A DNA stretch of 64,000 nucleotides from an uncultured Actinomycetes bacterium (GCA_963766525.1 CAVYAX010000014.1:169527-233526), one strand, 5' to 3'; shown: positions 35,866 through 46,045, counted from the stretch's first letter. Numbers and translations: made by a program. Notes: generated from the letters alone by a model not told the origin.

Positions 35866-37279
35866 ATGGCGCTGCTGGTGGCCGCCGCGGCGCTCCCGGC
35901 CGTCGCACAAGCCCACGGGCTCGTCCAGCGCGCCAACCTGCCGCTGCCCGAGTGGCTGTTCGGCTGGGCGGCGGCCACCGTCCTGATCGTCTCGTTCGTC
36001 GCGCTCGCGACCCTGTGGCCCGAGCCCCGCCTCGAGCGCGATCGCTGGAGGCCGCTTCCGGGCGCCATCGGCCGCGCGCCTGGCAGCCGCCCGCTGGAGA
36101 TCGCGTGCGGCGCGATCGGCGTCGCGCTGCTCGCGCTCGTCCTGGTCGCGGGCTACGCGGGCACGCAGAACGCGTTGAGCAACATCGCCCCCACGTTCGT
36201 CTTCATCACGTTCTGGGTCGGCGTCGCGTTCGCGAGCGCGCTGTTCGGCGACATCTTTCGCGCGTTCAACCCGTGGCGTGCGCTGGGGCGGGCGAGCGGC
36301 TGGCTGGTCGCGCACACGCGGCGCGGCGACGGCAGCGCCGCACCCCGCCGCGAGTACCCCGTCAAGCTCGGCCGCTGGCCCGCCGCCGCCGCCCTGCTCG
36401 CGTTCACGTGGATCGAGCTCGTCTCGGGCTGGGGCGAGCACCCGCGCACGCTGGCGATCGCGATCACGCTCTACACGGTCGCGACGCTCGCCGGCCAAGC
36501 CGTGTTCGGCGTCGAGACGTGGTCAAGCCGGGCCGAGGCGTTCTCGGTCTACTTCGGGCTGATCGCACGGATCTCGCCGTTGCAGACGCGCGACCGCGTC
36601 CTCGGCGTGCGCCCGCTGCTCGGCGGCCTTCCGCGCTTGGACGTCGTCACGGGGACCGTCGCGTTCGTCGCGGTGATGATCGGCACGGTGACGTTCGACG
36701 GGCTGAGCCAGGGGCGCGTGTGGAACGAGGCTCGCAAGCCCCTCGACGACCTCGGCACGACGCTCGGCCTCGCACTCCCCAACGCGGAGAAGCTCGCGGA
36801 GACCGCCGGCCTGCTCGTCTGCGTCGCGCTCGTGGCCGGCTTCTACGACCTCGGCTGCCGGGCCGCCCAGCGCCTGGCGCCCGACCTCCCGGTCGCGGAG
36901 CTGCGCCGCGGCTTCATCCACTCGCTCGTGCCGATCGCGCTCGTCTACGTCGCCGCGCACTACCTCACGTTCCTGCTCTTCGAAGGGCAGGGGATCGCCG
37001 TATCTCGTCTCCGACCCGCTGGGCGAGGGCTGGGATCTCTTCGGGACGGCGGGCGCGGCGGTCGACTACGGCGTCATCTCGCAGAACCAGGCCTGGTATG
37101 CGCAGGTCGCGTGCGTCGTGGCCGGGCATGTCGCGGCACTGACCCTCGCCCACGACCGCGCGCTCGCGCTCTACGGCGAGGCCCGGGCCGCGGCGCGCTC
37201 GCAATACGCCATGCTCGCGATCATGGTCGGCTTCACGACGCTCGCGCTCTGGCTGCTGGCGCAGGCGGGCAGCTCATGA
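35866..37279 (+). CDS. Polytopic membrane protein with an N-terminal signal peptide (mature N-terminus HG...), and an apparent frameshift near 36998.
   Basis: At least 8 hydrophobic helices. The last ~90 codons (..VSDPLGEGWDLFGTAGAAVDYGVISQNQAWYAQVACVVAGHVAALTL..) lie in a different frame, which ends with an ATGA overlap onto the next gene. Confidence 0.5.
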
Positions 37280-38175
37280 CGCGCGCCCTCCTGGCAGCCC
37301 TGGCCGCCGCCGCGCTGGCGATCGCCGGCTGCGGCGCGTCGGAGGGCGAGGGTGATGAGGCTGCGCGCTCTCCCCGCCTCGTCGACTTCACGAAGAAGCC
37401 GCCGTTCGTCAACGCGCTCGACATCGACCCGCAGACCAAGGACTTCCTGCTGACGACCAACCGCGGCTTCTACCGGATCGCCCCGGACGGCGGCAAGGTC
37501 ACGCCGATCGAAGGCACGATCTCGGCGCAGGGCAAGCGCTCGACGGTCGGCACGTTCCTCGAGCTGCTCGTCGCCGGGCCGAAGCAGTGGATCGGCTCCG
37601 GGCATCCCGACCAGCAGGGCACGCTGCCGGCGTTTCTCGGGTTCATCCTCTCGCAGGACGACGGCAAGACGTGGACCGTCGTCTCGCGCCTCGGCAACGC
37701 CGACCTGCATAAGATCATCCGCGCGCACGACCGCATGTACGCCTTCGACGCGGTGCTCAGCGCGATCCTCATCTCCGACGACGGCGGGCGCACGTTCACC
37801 GAGAACTTCACGCCGCGCGGGCTCATCATCGACTTCGAGGTGGACCCGGCCGACGCGAAGCGCATCGTCGCGTCCAACGACAACGAGCTGTTTCGCTCGA
37901 CGGACACCGGCGAGTCGTGGCGGCCGATCGATCGCCGCGAGGGGATCCGGCTGTCGTGGCCGGCGCCCGACGCGCTGTACCGCGCCCTGAAGGACGGCAC
38001 GGTCGAGCGCTCGTCGAACGGCGGCGACACATGGGAGAAGGCTGGCTCCGTCGACGACGAGCCGTACAAGTTCAAGGCAATCGGGAAGGACGAGCTGTAC
38101 CTCGCGCTGATCGACGGCACGATCATGCACACGACCGACGGAGCCAAGACATGGGAAGCGGTGTTCAGGCCATGA
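37276..38175 (+). CDS. Lipoprotein with BNR/Asp-box repeats (sialidase-like or Ycf48-like beta-propeller).
   Basis: Lipobox ALAIAGC. Repeated S/T-x-D-x-G-x-T-W motifs (DDGKTW, DDGGRTF, TDTGESW, SNGGDTW, TDGAKTW). Confidence 0.7.
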   Translation: MTRALLAALAAAALAIAGCGASEGEGDEAARSPRLVDFTKKPPFVNALDIDPQTKDFLLTTNRGFYRIAPDGGKVTPIEGTISAQGKRSTVGTFLELLVAGPKQWIGSGHPDQQGTLPAFLGFILSQDDGKTWTVVSRLGNADLHKIIRAHDRMYAFDAVLSAILISDDGGRTFTENFTPRGLIIDFEVDPADAKRIVASNDNELFRSTDTGESWRPIDRREGIRLSWPAPDALYRALKDGTVERSSNGGDTWEKAGSVDDEPYKFKAIGKDELYLALIDGTIMHTTDGAKTWEAVFRP

Positions 38176-39203
38176 GCCCGAGGGTGGCGGCGCGCGCAGC
38201 GCTCGCGGCAGCGTCGGCGGTCGCCGCGGCGGCGGCGCTCCCGGCCGCGGCCGCGGCCCACTCGCTCGTGCGCCCCTCGGCCGGCGTCGTCTCGTACCTC
38301 TCCGCCGACGCCACCTCGCTGAACACGCTCACGGTGCGCGCGAGCGGCTCGCGGATCGAGTTCCGCGACCCGACCGTCGACGGCGGCATGGACCCCGGCT
38401 CCTGCACGCCCGGCGACATCAGCGCCGACGCCAACGCGTGGATCATCCAGACGTTCTGCCCCGCGGCCGGCGTGCGCTCCGTGCGCCTCGACCTCGGCGA
38501 GCGCGAGGACACCGCCACGGTCTCGGTGAACGTCGCGACGACGCTGCTCGGCGGCCCCGGGGCCGACAAGCTCACCGGCGGCCCGGCCGCAGACCAGCTC
38601 AGCGGCGACGACGGCGACGACACGCTCGCCGGCTCCGGCGGCAACGACGTCATGGTCGGCGGCCTCGGCGTCGACGAGCTCGCCGGCGACGCGGGCGACG
38701 ACGACCTGCGCGCGCGCGACGGGATCCAGGACCTCGTCCGCTGCGGCACGGGCGCCGACAAGGTCGACGCCGACACGCTCGACGAGGTCGATCCCGACTG
38801 CGAGAACGTCACGCGCACCCTGACCGCGGCACCGCCCGGCGCCACTACGACACGCGATCGCGTGGCGCCCCGCGTCGAGGTCGGCGCGCCGGCCCGCAAG
38901 CGGATCGCCCAGACGCGCACGATCCGCGTCTTCGCGAGCTCGACCGAGAGCGGCTTCGTCGCGGCGTCGGGGTCGCTCACCGTCGACGGCCTCGCGCTGC
39001 CGCTGAACGTCGTGCGCCGCCGGATCGCTGTCGCAGGCGGGGGCGCCGAGCTCGCGGTCAAGCTGACCCAGTCGCAGTGGCGACAGGCCCGGCGGGCGCT
39101 GCGGCGCGGGCGCAAGGCGACGGTGCGGCTGGCGGTCGTCGCGACGGATCGCGCCGGCAACTCGCGCGAGGCCTCGCCGATCACGATCCGCCTGCTGCGC
39201 TGA
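38172..39203 (+). CDS. Secreted protein with hemolysin-type (RTX) Ca-binding Gly/Asp nonapeptide repeats and the shared C-terminal domain.
   Basis: A signal peptide, then GGPGADKLTGGPAADQLSGDDGDDTLAGSGGNDVMVGGLGVDELAGDAGDDDL, then the CTD with its ATDRAGN motif. Its ATG overlaps the upstream stop. Confidence 0.7.
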   Translation: MSPRVAARAALAAASAVAAAAALPAAAAAHSLVRPSAGVVSYLSADATSLNTLTVRASGSRIEFRDPTVDGGMDPGSCTPGDISADANAWIIQTFCPAAGVRSVRLDLGEREDTATVSVNVATTLLGGPGADKLTGGPAADQLSGDDGDDTLAGSGGNDVMVGGLGVDELAGDAGDDDLRARDGIQDLVRCGTGADKVDADTLDEVDPDCENVTRTLTAAPPGATTTRDRVAPRVEVGAPARKRIAQTRTIRVFASSTESGFVAASGSLTVDGLALPLNVVRRRIAVAGGGAELAVKLTQSQWRQARRALRRGRKATVRLAVVATDRAGNSREASPITIRLLR

Positions 39204-39345
39204 CGACGCCGAGCACCCCGCAGTGAGTTTGTTGCGGATGTCTCAACCGCCGCTCCCGCGGGTAAGGGATGCCAGTCGAGGCCAAGCGCTTCGGTCGGTC
39301 GATCGTGAAACGACAGAGCTGGGGGAAGTCGTGGGAATCATCGGT

Positions 39346-41760
39346 ATGCGAGCAGTCTCGGTCGGGTCCCTCGTCGCGGCGCTGGCGCTGTGCGCCGTGC
39401 CGGGCGCACAGGCACATCGCTCGGCGGCTGGCGCCTCCGATCGACCCTGGAGCACCGACGGCGGGAGTCCCGCCGCGGCGGCGTCCGCGGGCCGCTCTGC
39501 CTTCGGCCTTCCGGCGACGACCCGCCAGCACGGCGGCCTCGACAACCATCTCCCGCCGGCGAAGGAGAACATCGAGCTGGTCTCCAAGCTCGAGCTGACG
39601 GCGCCGTTCGGCAACGTCCTGCCCGGCCAGATCGCGGACGTCGCGGTCTTCAAGAAGTCCGCCTATCTCATGTCGTGGTCGCCGCTGGAGAACCCCGGCG
39701 ACACGGCGTGCCAGCGCGGCGGCTTCTTCAGCGTCGACATCTCGAACCCGGCGGCCCCCGCGCAGAAGGCGTTCGTCCCCGCGTTGCCGCAGACATATCA
39801 CGGCGAGGGCGCGCACGCGATCACGCTCAGCACGCCGTCGTTCGCGGGCGACGTGCTGGCGGTGAACAACGAGCCCTGCGGCCCCGACGGCGTCGGCGGC
39901 TTCGACCTCTACGACGTCAGCAACCCGGGCAACCCGATCGCGCTCGTCAAGGGCGCGGGCGACCGGTCACCCGACGGCTCACTCGTCCAGGACCCCGCCG
40001 AGGTCCCGAACTCCAACCACAGCATCTTCATCTGGCAGGACGGCCCGCGCGCCTACGCGGTGACGGTGGACAACACCGAGCTGCACGACGTCGACATCTT
40101 CGACATCACGAACCCGCGCAACCCCGAGTTCATCGCCGACCTCGACCTCGTGGAGATGTTCCCGCAGATCGTTCAGAACTCGGCGAACGGCAACACGATC
40201 TTCCACCACGACATGGTCGTCAAGCGCATCAACGGCCGCATGACGATGCTCAACAGCTACTGGGACGCCGGCTACGTGCAGCTCGACGTGACCAATCCGG
40301 CGGCCCCGACGTACATCGGCGACACGCGCTTCCCGAACCTCGACCCGCTGATCTCGGTGACACCGGCGGGGCCGCCGGAGGGCAACGGCCACCAGTCCGA
40401 GTACAGCTACGACAACCAGTTCATCCTGGCCGCCGACGAGGACTTCGGCACGTCGCGGGCGATCTTCGAGATCACCGACGGGCCCAACGCCGGCACGTCG
40501 CCCGGCGGCGAGTTCAGCTTCAGCCTGCCGATCAGCGACCTGCCCGGCGGCCGCCTGCACGGCCCGACGGTGTACGGCGGCTACGGCTGCCCGGCACTCA
40601 ACCAGATCCCCGACGCGGCCACGGCGTTGCCCACAGTCCTACCGGGTGAGCAGCGGATCCTCGTCGTGCAGCGCGGGCCCGTCGGAGACGTCGCGCCGCA
40701 CACCTACGACGCCTGCCGCTTCGACGAGAAGATGGCCAACGCGATCGCCAAGGGCTACGACGGCATCCTCATCGGCCAGCGGCACCTTGGTGACGCGGCG
40801 TCCGACGGCGCGTTCTGCGGCAGCGGCGAGCCGCGCGCGATCCGGGGCATGTGCATCACCCACGAGGCCATGCACGACATCTTCAACGACCCGCCGGGCT
40901 TCGGCCTGCCCTACCCGACCGGGCACGGTCCCGCGATCGGAGCGCTCGGGGCGAGGGTGTCTGCGACGACGCAGTTCGACGGCTGGGGCTACGCGCATCT
41001 CTACGACGCCGCCTCGAACCTGCTCATCGACGACTACGCGATCCCCGAGGGCCTCGACGCGCGCTACGGATCGGGCTTCGGCGACCTGTCGATCCACGAG
41101 TTCGCGACCGACCCCGAGACGAACCTCGCATACAGCGCGTACTACGCGGGCGGCGTGCGGGTTCTGCGCTTCAGCCGCGCCGCCGGCCTCGAGGAGGTCG
41201 GCAAGTTCATCGACACGGAGGGCAGCAACTTCTGGGGCGTCGAGCAGTTCACGGACGCCGCCGGCAACCGGTTGATCGCCGGCTCGGACCGCGACTACGG
41301 CCTGTACATCCTCAAGTACACGGGCCCGGGTGCCGTGCTCGCCAAGCCGCCGGCACCACCGCCGCCGCCGCCCGTGGCGCCGCCGCCACCCCCACCGCCG
41401 CCGGTCAAGCCCAAGCCGTCGTCGTTCTTCACCTTCGGCACGCTGAAGAACCTGACGTTCCGCAACCGGGTCGCCCGCGCGACGATCCGGGTGCCGGGCA
41501 ATGGGAGGGTCACCGCCACGGTGAGGGCCAACATCGGCGGTCGCCAGCGCGTGCTCGACGGCGCGACGGCCACGGCGACGCGCGCGGGCAACGTGCGGCT
41601 GACGTTCCGCCTGACCGCGGCGACGGAGCGGTCGCTGCGGCGCACGCTGGCACGGCGGCCGACGCGCCGGACGGGTGGCGTGCTGCGAGCGTCCTACACG
41701 CCGACGGGCGGTATGCGCCGCACGCGCAACAAGACGGTCTCGATCGCTATCGGCCGCTGA
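39346..41760 (+). CDS. Secreted LVIVD-repeat beta-propeller protein with an inserted PA (protease-associated)-like domain, a poly-Pro linker and the shared C-terminal domain.
   Basis: A signal peptide and LVIVD-type motifs (FDLYDVSNPGNPIAL, IFDITNPRNPEFIADL, LDVTNPAAPTYIG). The C-terminal part is PPAPPPPPPVAPPPPPPPP followed by the CTD. Confidence 0.7.
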   Translation: MRAVSVGSLVAALALCAVPGAQAHRSAAGASDRPWSTDGGSPAAAASAGRSAFGLPATTRQHGGLDNHLPPAKENIELVSKLELTAPFGNVLPGQIADVAVFKKSAYLMSWSPLENPGDTACQRGGFFSVDISNPAAPAQKAFVPALPQTYHGEGAHAITLSTPSFAGDVLAVNNEPCGPDGVGGFDLYDVSNPGNPIALVKGAGDRSPDGSLVQDPAEVPNSNHSIFIWQDGPRAYAVTVDNTELHDVDIFDITNPRNPEFIADLDLVEMFPQIVQNSANGNTIFHHDMVVKRINGRMTMLNSYWDAGYVQLDVTNPAAPTYIGDTRFPNLDPLISVTPAGPPEGNGHQSEYSYDNQFILAADEDFGTSRAIFEITDGPNAGTSPGGEFSFSLPISDLPGGRLHGPTVYGGYGCPALNQIPDAATALPTVLPGEQRILVVQRGPVGDVAPHTYDACRFDEKMANAIAKGYDGILIGQRHLGDAASDGAFCGSGEPRAIRGMCITHEAMHDIFNDPPGFGLPYPTGHGPAIGALGARVSATTQFDGWGYAHLYDAASNLLIDDYAIPEGLDARYGSGFGDLSIHEFATDPETNLAYSAYYAGGVRVLRFSRAAGLEEVGKFIDTEGSNFWGVEQFTDAAGNRLIAGSDRDYGLYILKYTGPGAVLAKPPAPPPPPPVAPPPPPPPPVKPKPSSFFTFGTLKNLTFRNRVARATIRVPGNGRVTATVRANIGGRQRVLDGATATATRAGNVRLTFRLTAATERSLRRTLARRPTRRTGGVLRASYTPTGGMRRTRNKTVSIAIGR

Positions 41761-41944
41761 GCGGCGACATTTTCGATCGCGTCGGCCGCCAGGTGATACA
41801 CGGGGCCGTTCAACACGCGTATCTTTCGTCCGGTAAGTCTTGAAAAGCTAAACCTCGGGTAAGGCTCGGGTTTAGGCCGTGGCGCCGGGAACGGGGAGCT
41901 GGGCGGGAGCGCCAACCGCCCAGCGGGATCGAAGGAGGCAAGGA

Positions 41945-44455
41945 ATGTCAAGGTTTCGCGCAGGTGCCCTGACGGCTCTGACAACGATGTGCGCCATGGT
42001 GCTCGCCGTTCCGGGGGCCGAAGCGCTGACGAAAACGGCGCGGGACGCAGCCCGCATGCCGACGCAATCGGATGCAACGCGCGCCCCGATCAAGAACACC
42101 GGCCCGTTTGGACTCAGCAAGCACCACGACGGGACGACCGACCACCTACCCGGCGCCCAGAAGAACATGGAGCTCGTCGGAGAGCTCAACCTCCTCAGCC
42201 CGACCACCGGCAACCCGGTCCTGCCGGGTCAGGTCGCCGACGTGGCCGTCCACAAGGGCTACGCGTACCTCAACTCGTGGGACAGCCCCACGTGTGACGA
42301 CGGCGGCACGTTCGTCGTCGACATCCGCGATCCCGCGAACCCCACGCAGGTGGCGTTCATCCCGGCCCAGGAGCCCTTCTATCACGGCGAGGGCGCGCAC
42401 GTGATCTCCGTCGACACGCCCTCGTTCACGGGCGACATCCTCGCGGTCAACGACGAGACGTACGGCTCGAACGTCGCCCTGACGAACCCGACGTGCGCTC
42501 CGGCCAGCAAGCTCGGCGGCGGCTTCGACCTCTACGACGTCACCGACCCGGCGAACCCCGAGCCGCTCGTGCAGGTCGCGGGCGATCAGTCCCCCGAGGG
42601 CTCCGAGGTCCAGAACCCGGCCGCGGTGCCGAAGTCCTACCACAGCGTCTTCATCTGGCAGGACGGGCCGCGGGCGTTCCTCGTCGCGTCTGACAACACC
42701 GAGCTCGCGGACGTCGACATCTTCGACATCACCGATCCGACGAACCCCGAGTTCATCAACGACCTCGACCTCTTCGACCTGCCCGAGGTCGACGACATCG
42801 TCGACGACGGCGCGCGCGGCAACGCGATCTTCCACCACGACGTCGTGGTCAAGCGGGTCGGCGGTCAGATGCGCATGCTCGTGTCCTACTGGGACGCCGG
42901 CTACGTCGAGCTTGACGTCGACGACCCCGCGAACGCCACGTTCATCACCGACACGGACTTCGACGATCCCGATCCGCTGGTCGCGGGGGTCGACCCGCCC
43001 GAGGGCAACGCCCACCAGGCGGAGTTCACGCACGACGGCGAGTTCTTCCTGGCCGGGGACGAGGACTTCGCCCCGTACCGGCTGATCAGCGAGATCACCG
43101 AGGCGCCGTATGCCGGGCTGAGCTTTGCGTCGGCGCTGTCGGCAGCCGAGCCGATCAACCCGGGAGAGCTGATCCAGGGCGACACGATCTTCGTCGGCAA
43201 CGCGTGCCCCGGCACCGTGCCGCCGGCGACACCGGGCGGGCCGACGATCGCCGTCGCCGAGCGCGGCGGCACGTGCGCGCCGCCCGGGACGGGCTTCTTC
43301 CAGGAGAAGGCCGAGCAGATCGAGGCGGCCGGGTACGAGGTCGGGATCGTCATGAACAACAGCTTCGGGGCGGGCGGCGGCCGCTGCGAGGCGCTCCTCA
43401 ACATGCTGATCGACCCCGCCACCGTCGACATCCCGATGATCTTCGTCGGGCGCGCCAACGGGCTGCGGATCCTCAACACGTTCGACCAGGCCACGTACGC
43501 GTGCACCGGTGCGGCGACCGAGACGGTTGCGGACACCGACGTGCCGGTGCTCGGCACGCTTGGGCTCAACGTGCGGATCGGCTCGCTGTTCGACGGCTGG
43601 GGCTACTCGCACCTCTACGACAGCGAGACGGGCGACGAGCTTGACGCGTTCGCCGTCGCAGAGGGCATCGACCCGCGCTATGCGGCCGGGTTCGGGGACC
43701 TCACGATCCACGAGGTCGCGACGGATCCGTCCACGAACCTCGCGTACATGGCGTACTACAACGCCGGCATGCGGGTGGTTCGCTACAGCCGCGCGGACGG
43801 CATCGAGGAGATGGGCAAGTTCATCGATGACGAGGGCAGCAACTTCTGGGGCGTCGAGCAGTTCACCGACGCCGCCGGGAACCGGTTGATCGCAGGCTCC
43901 GATCGCGACTTCGGGCTGCAGATCTTCAAGTACACCGGCCCGGGTGCGGTGCTGGCACCGCCCCCGCCCCCGCCGCCGCCCCCACCACCACCACCGCCTC
44001 CACCGCCACCGCCCCCGACGGTGACGGTTCCGGGCCCGCCAGCACCGGTCGCACCGCCGCCGATCGTCGTACCGCCGCCGCCGCCACCACCGGCAGCGCC
44101 GACGACGAGGGCGCCGTCGATGTTCAGGTTCGGGTCGCTTACGAACCTGACGTTCAGCAGCGCCGGCCGCGCGAGCCTCACGCTCGAGTTCCCCGGGGCG
44201 GGCAGCGTCGAGGCACTGGTCAGGGCGGCCATCGGGCGCACCACGGTTCAGCTCGCACGCACGAGCCGGACGCTGACGGCCGCGGGCGACCTGCGGATGA
44301 CGTTCCAGATGTCGGCAGCCAACGCGCGCCTGCTGCGTCGGACGCTGTCGCGGCGCCCGACGGGTCGCACGCCCGGCGTCCTGCGCGTGGCGTACTCGCC
44401 CAGGGGTGGAACGCGGCGCACGCGCAACAAGTCGCTGTCGATCGGCATGCGCTAA
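41945..44455 (+). CDS. Paralog of 39346..41760 with the same LVIVD-repeat, PA-like domain, poly-Pro linker and shared CTD architecture.
   Basis: A GGAGG Shine-Dalgarno sits 8 nt upstream, followed by a signal peptide. It has the same motif set, and its C-terminus PPPPPPPPPPPPPPPPPP...CTD aligns with the 39346..41760 protein. Confidence 0.7.
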   Translation: MSRFRAGALTALTTMCAMVLAVPGAEALTKTARDAARMPTQSDATRAPIKNTGPFGLSKHHDGTTDHLPGAQKNMELVGELNLLSPTTGNPVLPGQVADVAVHKGYAYLNSWDSPTCDDGGTFVVDIRDPANPTQVAFIPAQEPFYHGEGAHVISVDTPSFTGDILAVNDETYGSNVALTNPTCAPASKLGGGFDLYDVTDPANPEPLVQVAGDQSPEGSEVQNPAAVPKSYHSVFIWQDGPRAFLVASDNTELADVDIFDITDPTNPEFINDLDLFDLPEVDDIVDDGARGNAIFHHDVVVKRVGGQMRMLVSYWDAGYVELDVDDPANATFITDTDFDDPDPLVAGVDPPEGNAHQAEFTHDGEFFLAGDEDFAPYRLISEITEAPYAGLSFASALSAAEPINPGELIQGDTIFVGNACPGTVPPATPGGPTIAVAERGGTCAPPGTGFFQEKAEQIEAAGYEVGIVMNNSFGAGGGRCEALLNMLIDPATVDIPMIFVGRANGLRILNTFDQATYACTGAATETVADTDVPVLGTLGLNVRIGSLFDGWGYSHLYDSETGDELDAFAVAEGIDPRYAAGFGDLTIHEVATDPSTNLAYMAYYNAGMRVVRYSRADGIEEMGKFIDDEGSNFWGVEQFTDAAGNRLIAGSDRDFGLQIFKYTGPGAVLAPPPPPPPPPPPPPPPPPPPPTVTVPGPPAPVAPPPIVVPPPPPPPAAPTTRAPSMFRFGSLTNLTFSSAGRASLTLEFPGAGSVEALVRAAIGRTTVQLARTSRTLTAAGDLRMTFQMSAANARLLRRTLSRRPTGRTPGVLRVAYSPRGGTRRTRNKSLSIGMR

Positions 44456-44484
44456 GCGATATCGCCCTCGCCGGCCGGCTCGTG

Positions 44485-44635
44485 ACGGGCCGGCCGGCAG
44501 GCGGTCGCTCGTCGGATGCGGCCGGCGGCTTCGGGGGCCGGCCGCCAGGCGGTCGCTCGTCGGATGCGGCCGGCGGCTTCGGGGCCGGCCGCCAGGCGGT
44601 CGCTCGTGGATGCGTCCGGCGGCTCGATAGACCCG
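44485..44635. repeat. Intergenic tandem repeat of roughly 49 bp x3, with a degenerate third copy.
   Basis: Direct reading: ggccggc(c/a)ggcaggcggtcgctcgtcggatgcggccggcggcttcggg(g) is repeated between the convergent genes. Confidence 0.6.
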
Positions 44636-44689
44636 CAGGGATCGCGCGGCGCTGGCCCGGGAGCCGGGAAGGCTCGCGGCGTGGCGGGC

Positions 44690-45771
44690 TTAGCGACGCA
44701 GGTCGATCGGCTTCGTGACCGTGCGCTTGTTGCCGGCGGCGTCCGTTGCCGTCACGCGCAGGGCGGCGGTCAGCTTGCGGCCGGCGCGCAGCTTGCGCGC
44801 GGCCGGCTTCCAGCGGGCGAAGACGTAGGTCCGGCCGGCACCGGCCAGCGACCACGAGCCGGTGGCGAGCACGACGCGCTTGCTGCCCAGCCCGGCGCGC
44901 CGGGCGGCCTTCGCATCGGCGGCGAGCGAGACGTCGAGATCGCAGGCCTCGGAGCAGGACGCCTTGACGACGAGCGACTTGCCGGCGTCGGCGAGGCGCT
45001 GGCGGCGCTGCACGGTGATCGTGATGGTCGGCGCGTTGACGTCGCGAGACCCCGGCGTCGCGGTCCCTCCGGGGCCGGTCCCGTCCCCGTCCCCGTGCCG
45101 GTGCCGGTGCCGGTGCCGCCCGTCCCCGGCGTCGTGCCGGTACCGGGCGGGCCGACGATCGACTCGTCCGGGTCGCACGCGCTGCCGATCCCGTCCTTGT
45201 CGAGGTCGTCCTGGATGAACGGGGGCGTGGCGCTCGGGAAGGGGTTCCAGACGGTCGGGCAGTTGTCGACGGTGTCATCGACCTTGTCGTTGTCGTCGTC
45301 GCGGTCGCAGGCATCGCCGCCGCGAGGGCTGCCGGGCTCGCCGTCGCCGTCGAGATCCTCCTGACCCGGGTTCGGCACCGTGACGCAGTTGTCAACATCG
45401 TCTGTGAGACCGTCGCCGTCGGTATCCACGGACGGGCAGGCGTCGCCGGCGACCACCGGGCGGGTTGGTGTCCTCCTGGCCGGGGTTCGCGACCAGCCGG
45501 CAGTTGTCGCCCGCGTCGGGGACGCCGTCGTTGTCGTCGTCCGCATCGCAGGCGTCGCCGCCGTCAGCGGCGCACCGTCGGTGTTGATCTGCGAGCCGTT
45601 CGCGGTCGTCGGGCAGTTGTCGGCCTCGTTGAGGATGAGGTCGCCGTCGAGGTCGCCCGGCTCGGGGTGGGCGGCCACGGCCGAGACGGTCGCGGCAGGC
45701 GCGCTCGCTACGAGCGCGGCGACGCCGCATGCGATCGCCAGGACGGCGATGAGTGCTCGGAGCAAGCCCAT
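44690..45771 (-). pseudogene. Secreted thrombospondin type-3 (TSP3) repeat protein with a Gly-Thr/Pro linker and the shared CTD. Its reading frame is disrupted at about three places.
   Basis: A signal peptide, then DxDGDxxxNxxDNCPxxxNPxQxDxDGDGxGDACD repeats spread over three frames (shifts near 45560, 45470 and 45080), then the CTD (..TATDAAGNKRTVTKPIDLRR). The last shift lies inside an imperfect hexanucleotide array. Confidence 0.5.
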
Positions 45772-45829
45772 CGCCTCCGATGATACGAACCGGCGGAAAG
45801 GTCCTGCGCAGCGTGGGGCGCGAAGGGCG

Positions 45830-46009
45830 CTAGGACTGCTGGGAACGGCGGTGCTGGAAGACGGCTGCGAGGAGCTGCTTGATCTCCGGCGTCACAACCG
45901 GCGCGTGACCGTTGAGCGACCGCGACGCCTTGATCTCGCGCGGACGGCTCTCGGCCGACTTGATGACGTAGGCGCCGTTGGTGCGGATGCGAGTGGAAGA
46001 TTTGCTCAT
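45830..46009 (-). CDS. Possible small protein (59 aa; MSKSSTRIRTNGAYVIKSAESRPREIKASRSLNGHAPVVTPEIKQLLAAVFQHRRSQQS) in a locally lower-GC stretch.
   Basis: An ATG..TAG ORF found by hand in the intergenic region. Codon usage is atypical for the window (aaa, tct, act) and the RBS is weak. Confidence 0.25.
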   Translation of the reverse strand: MSKSSTRIRTNGAYVIKSAESRPREIKASRSLNGHAPVVTPEIKQLLAAVFQHRRSQQS

Positions 46010-46045
46010 CGTGAAGGACGTTGCGAACCTTGAGCGATCCTGACG

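Noticed and set aside
44220-45398. A 392-aa minus ORF and plus ORFs 44516..45364 across the TSP3 gene region.
   Set aside because: They are alternative-frame read-throughs. The TSP3 repeats and CTD are only legible when three frames are stitched together, so the gene is annotated as disrupted.
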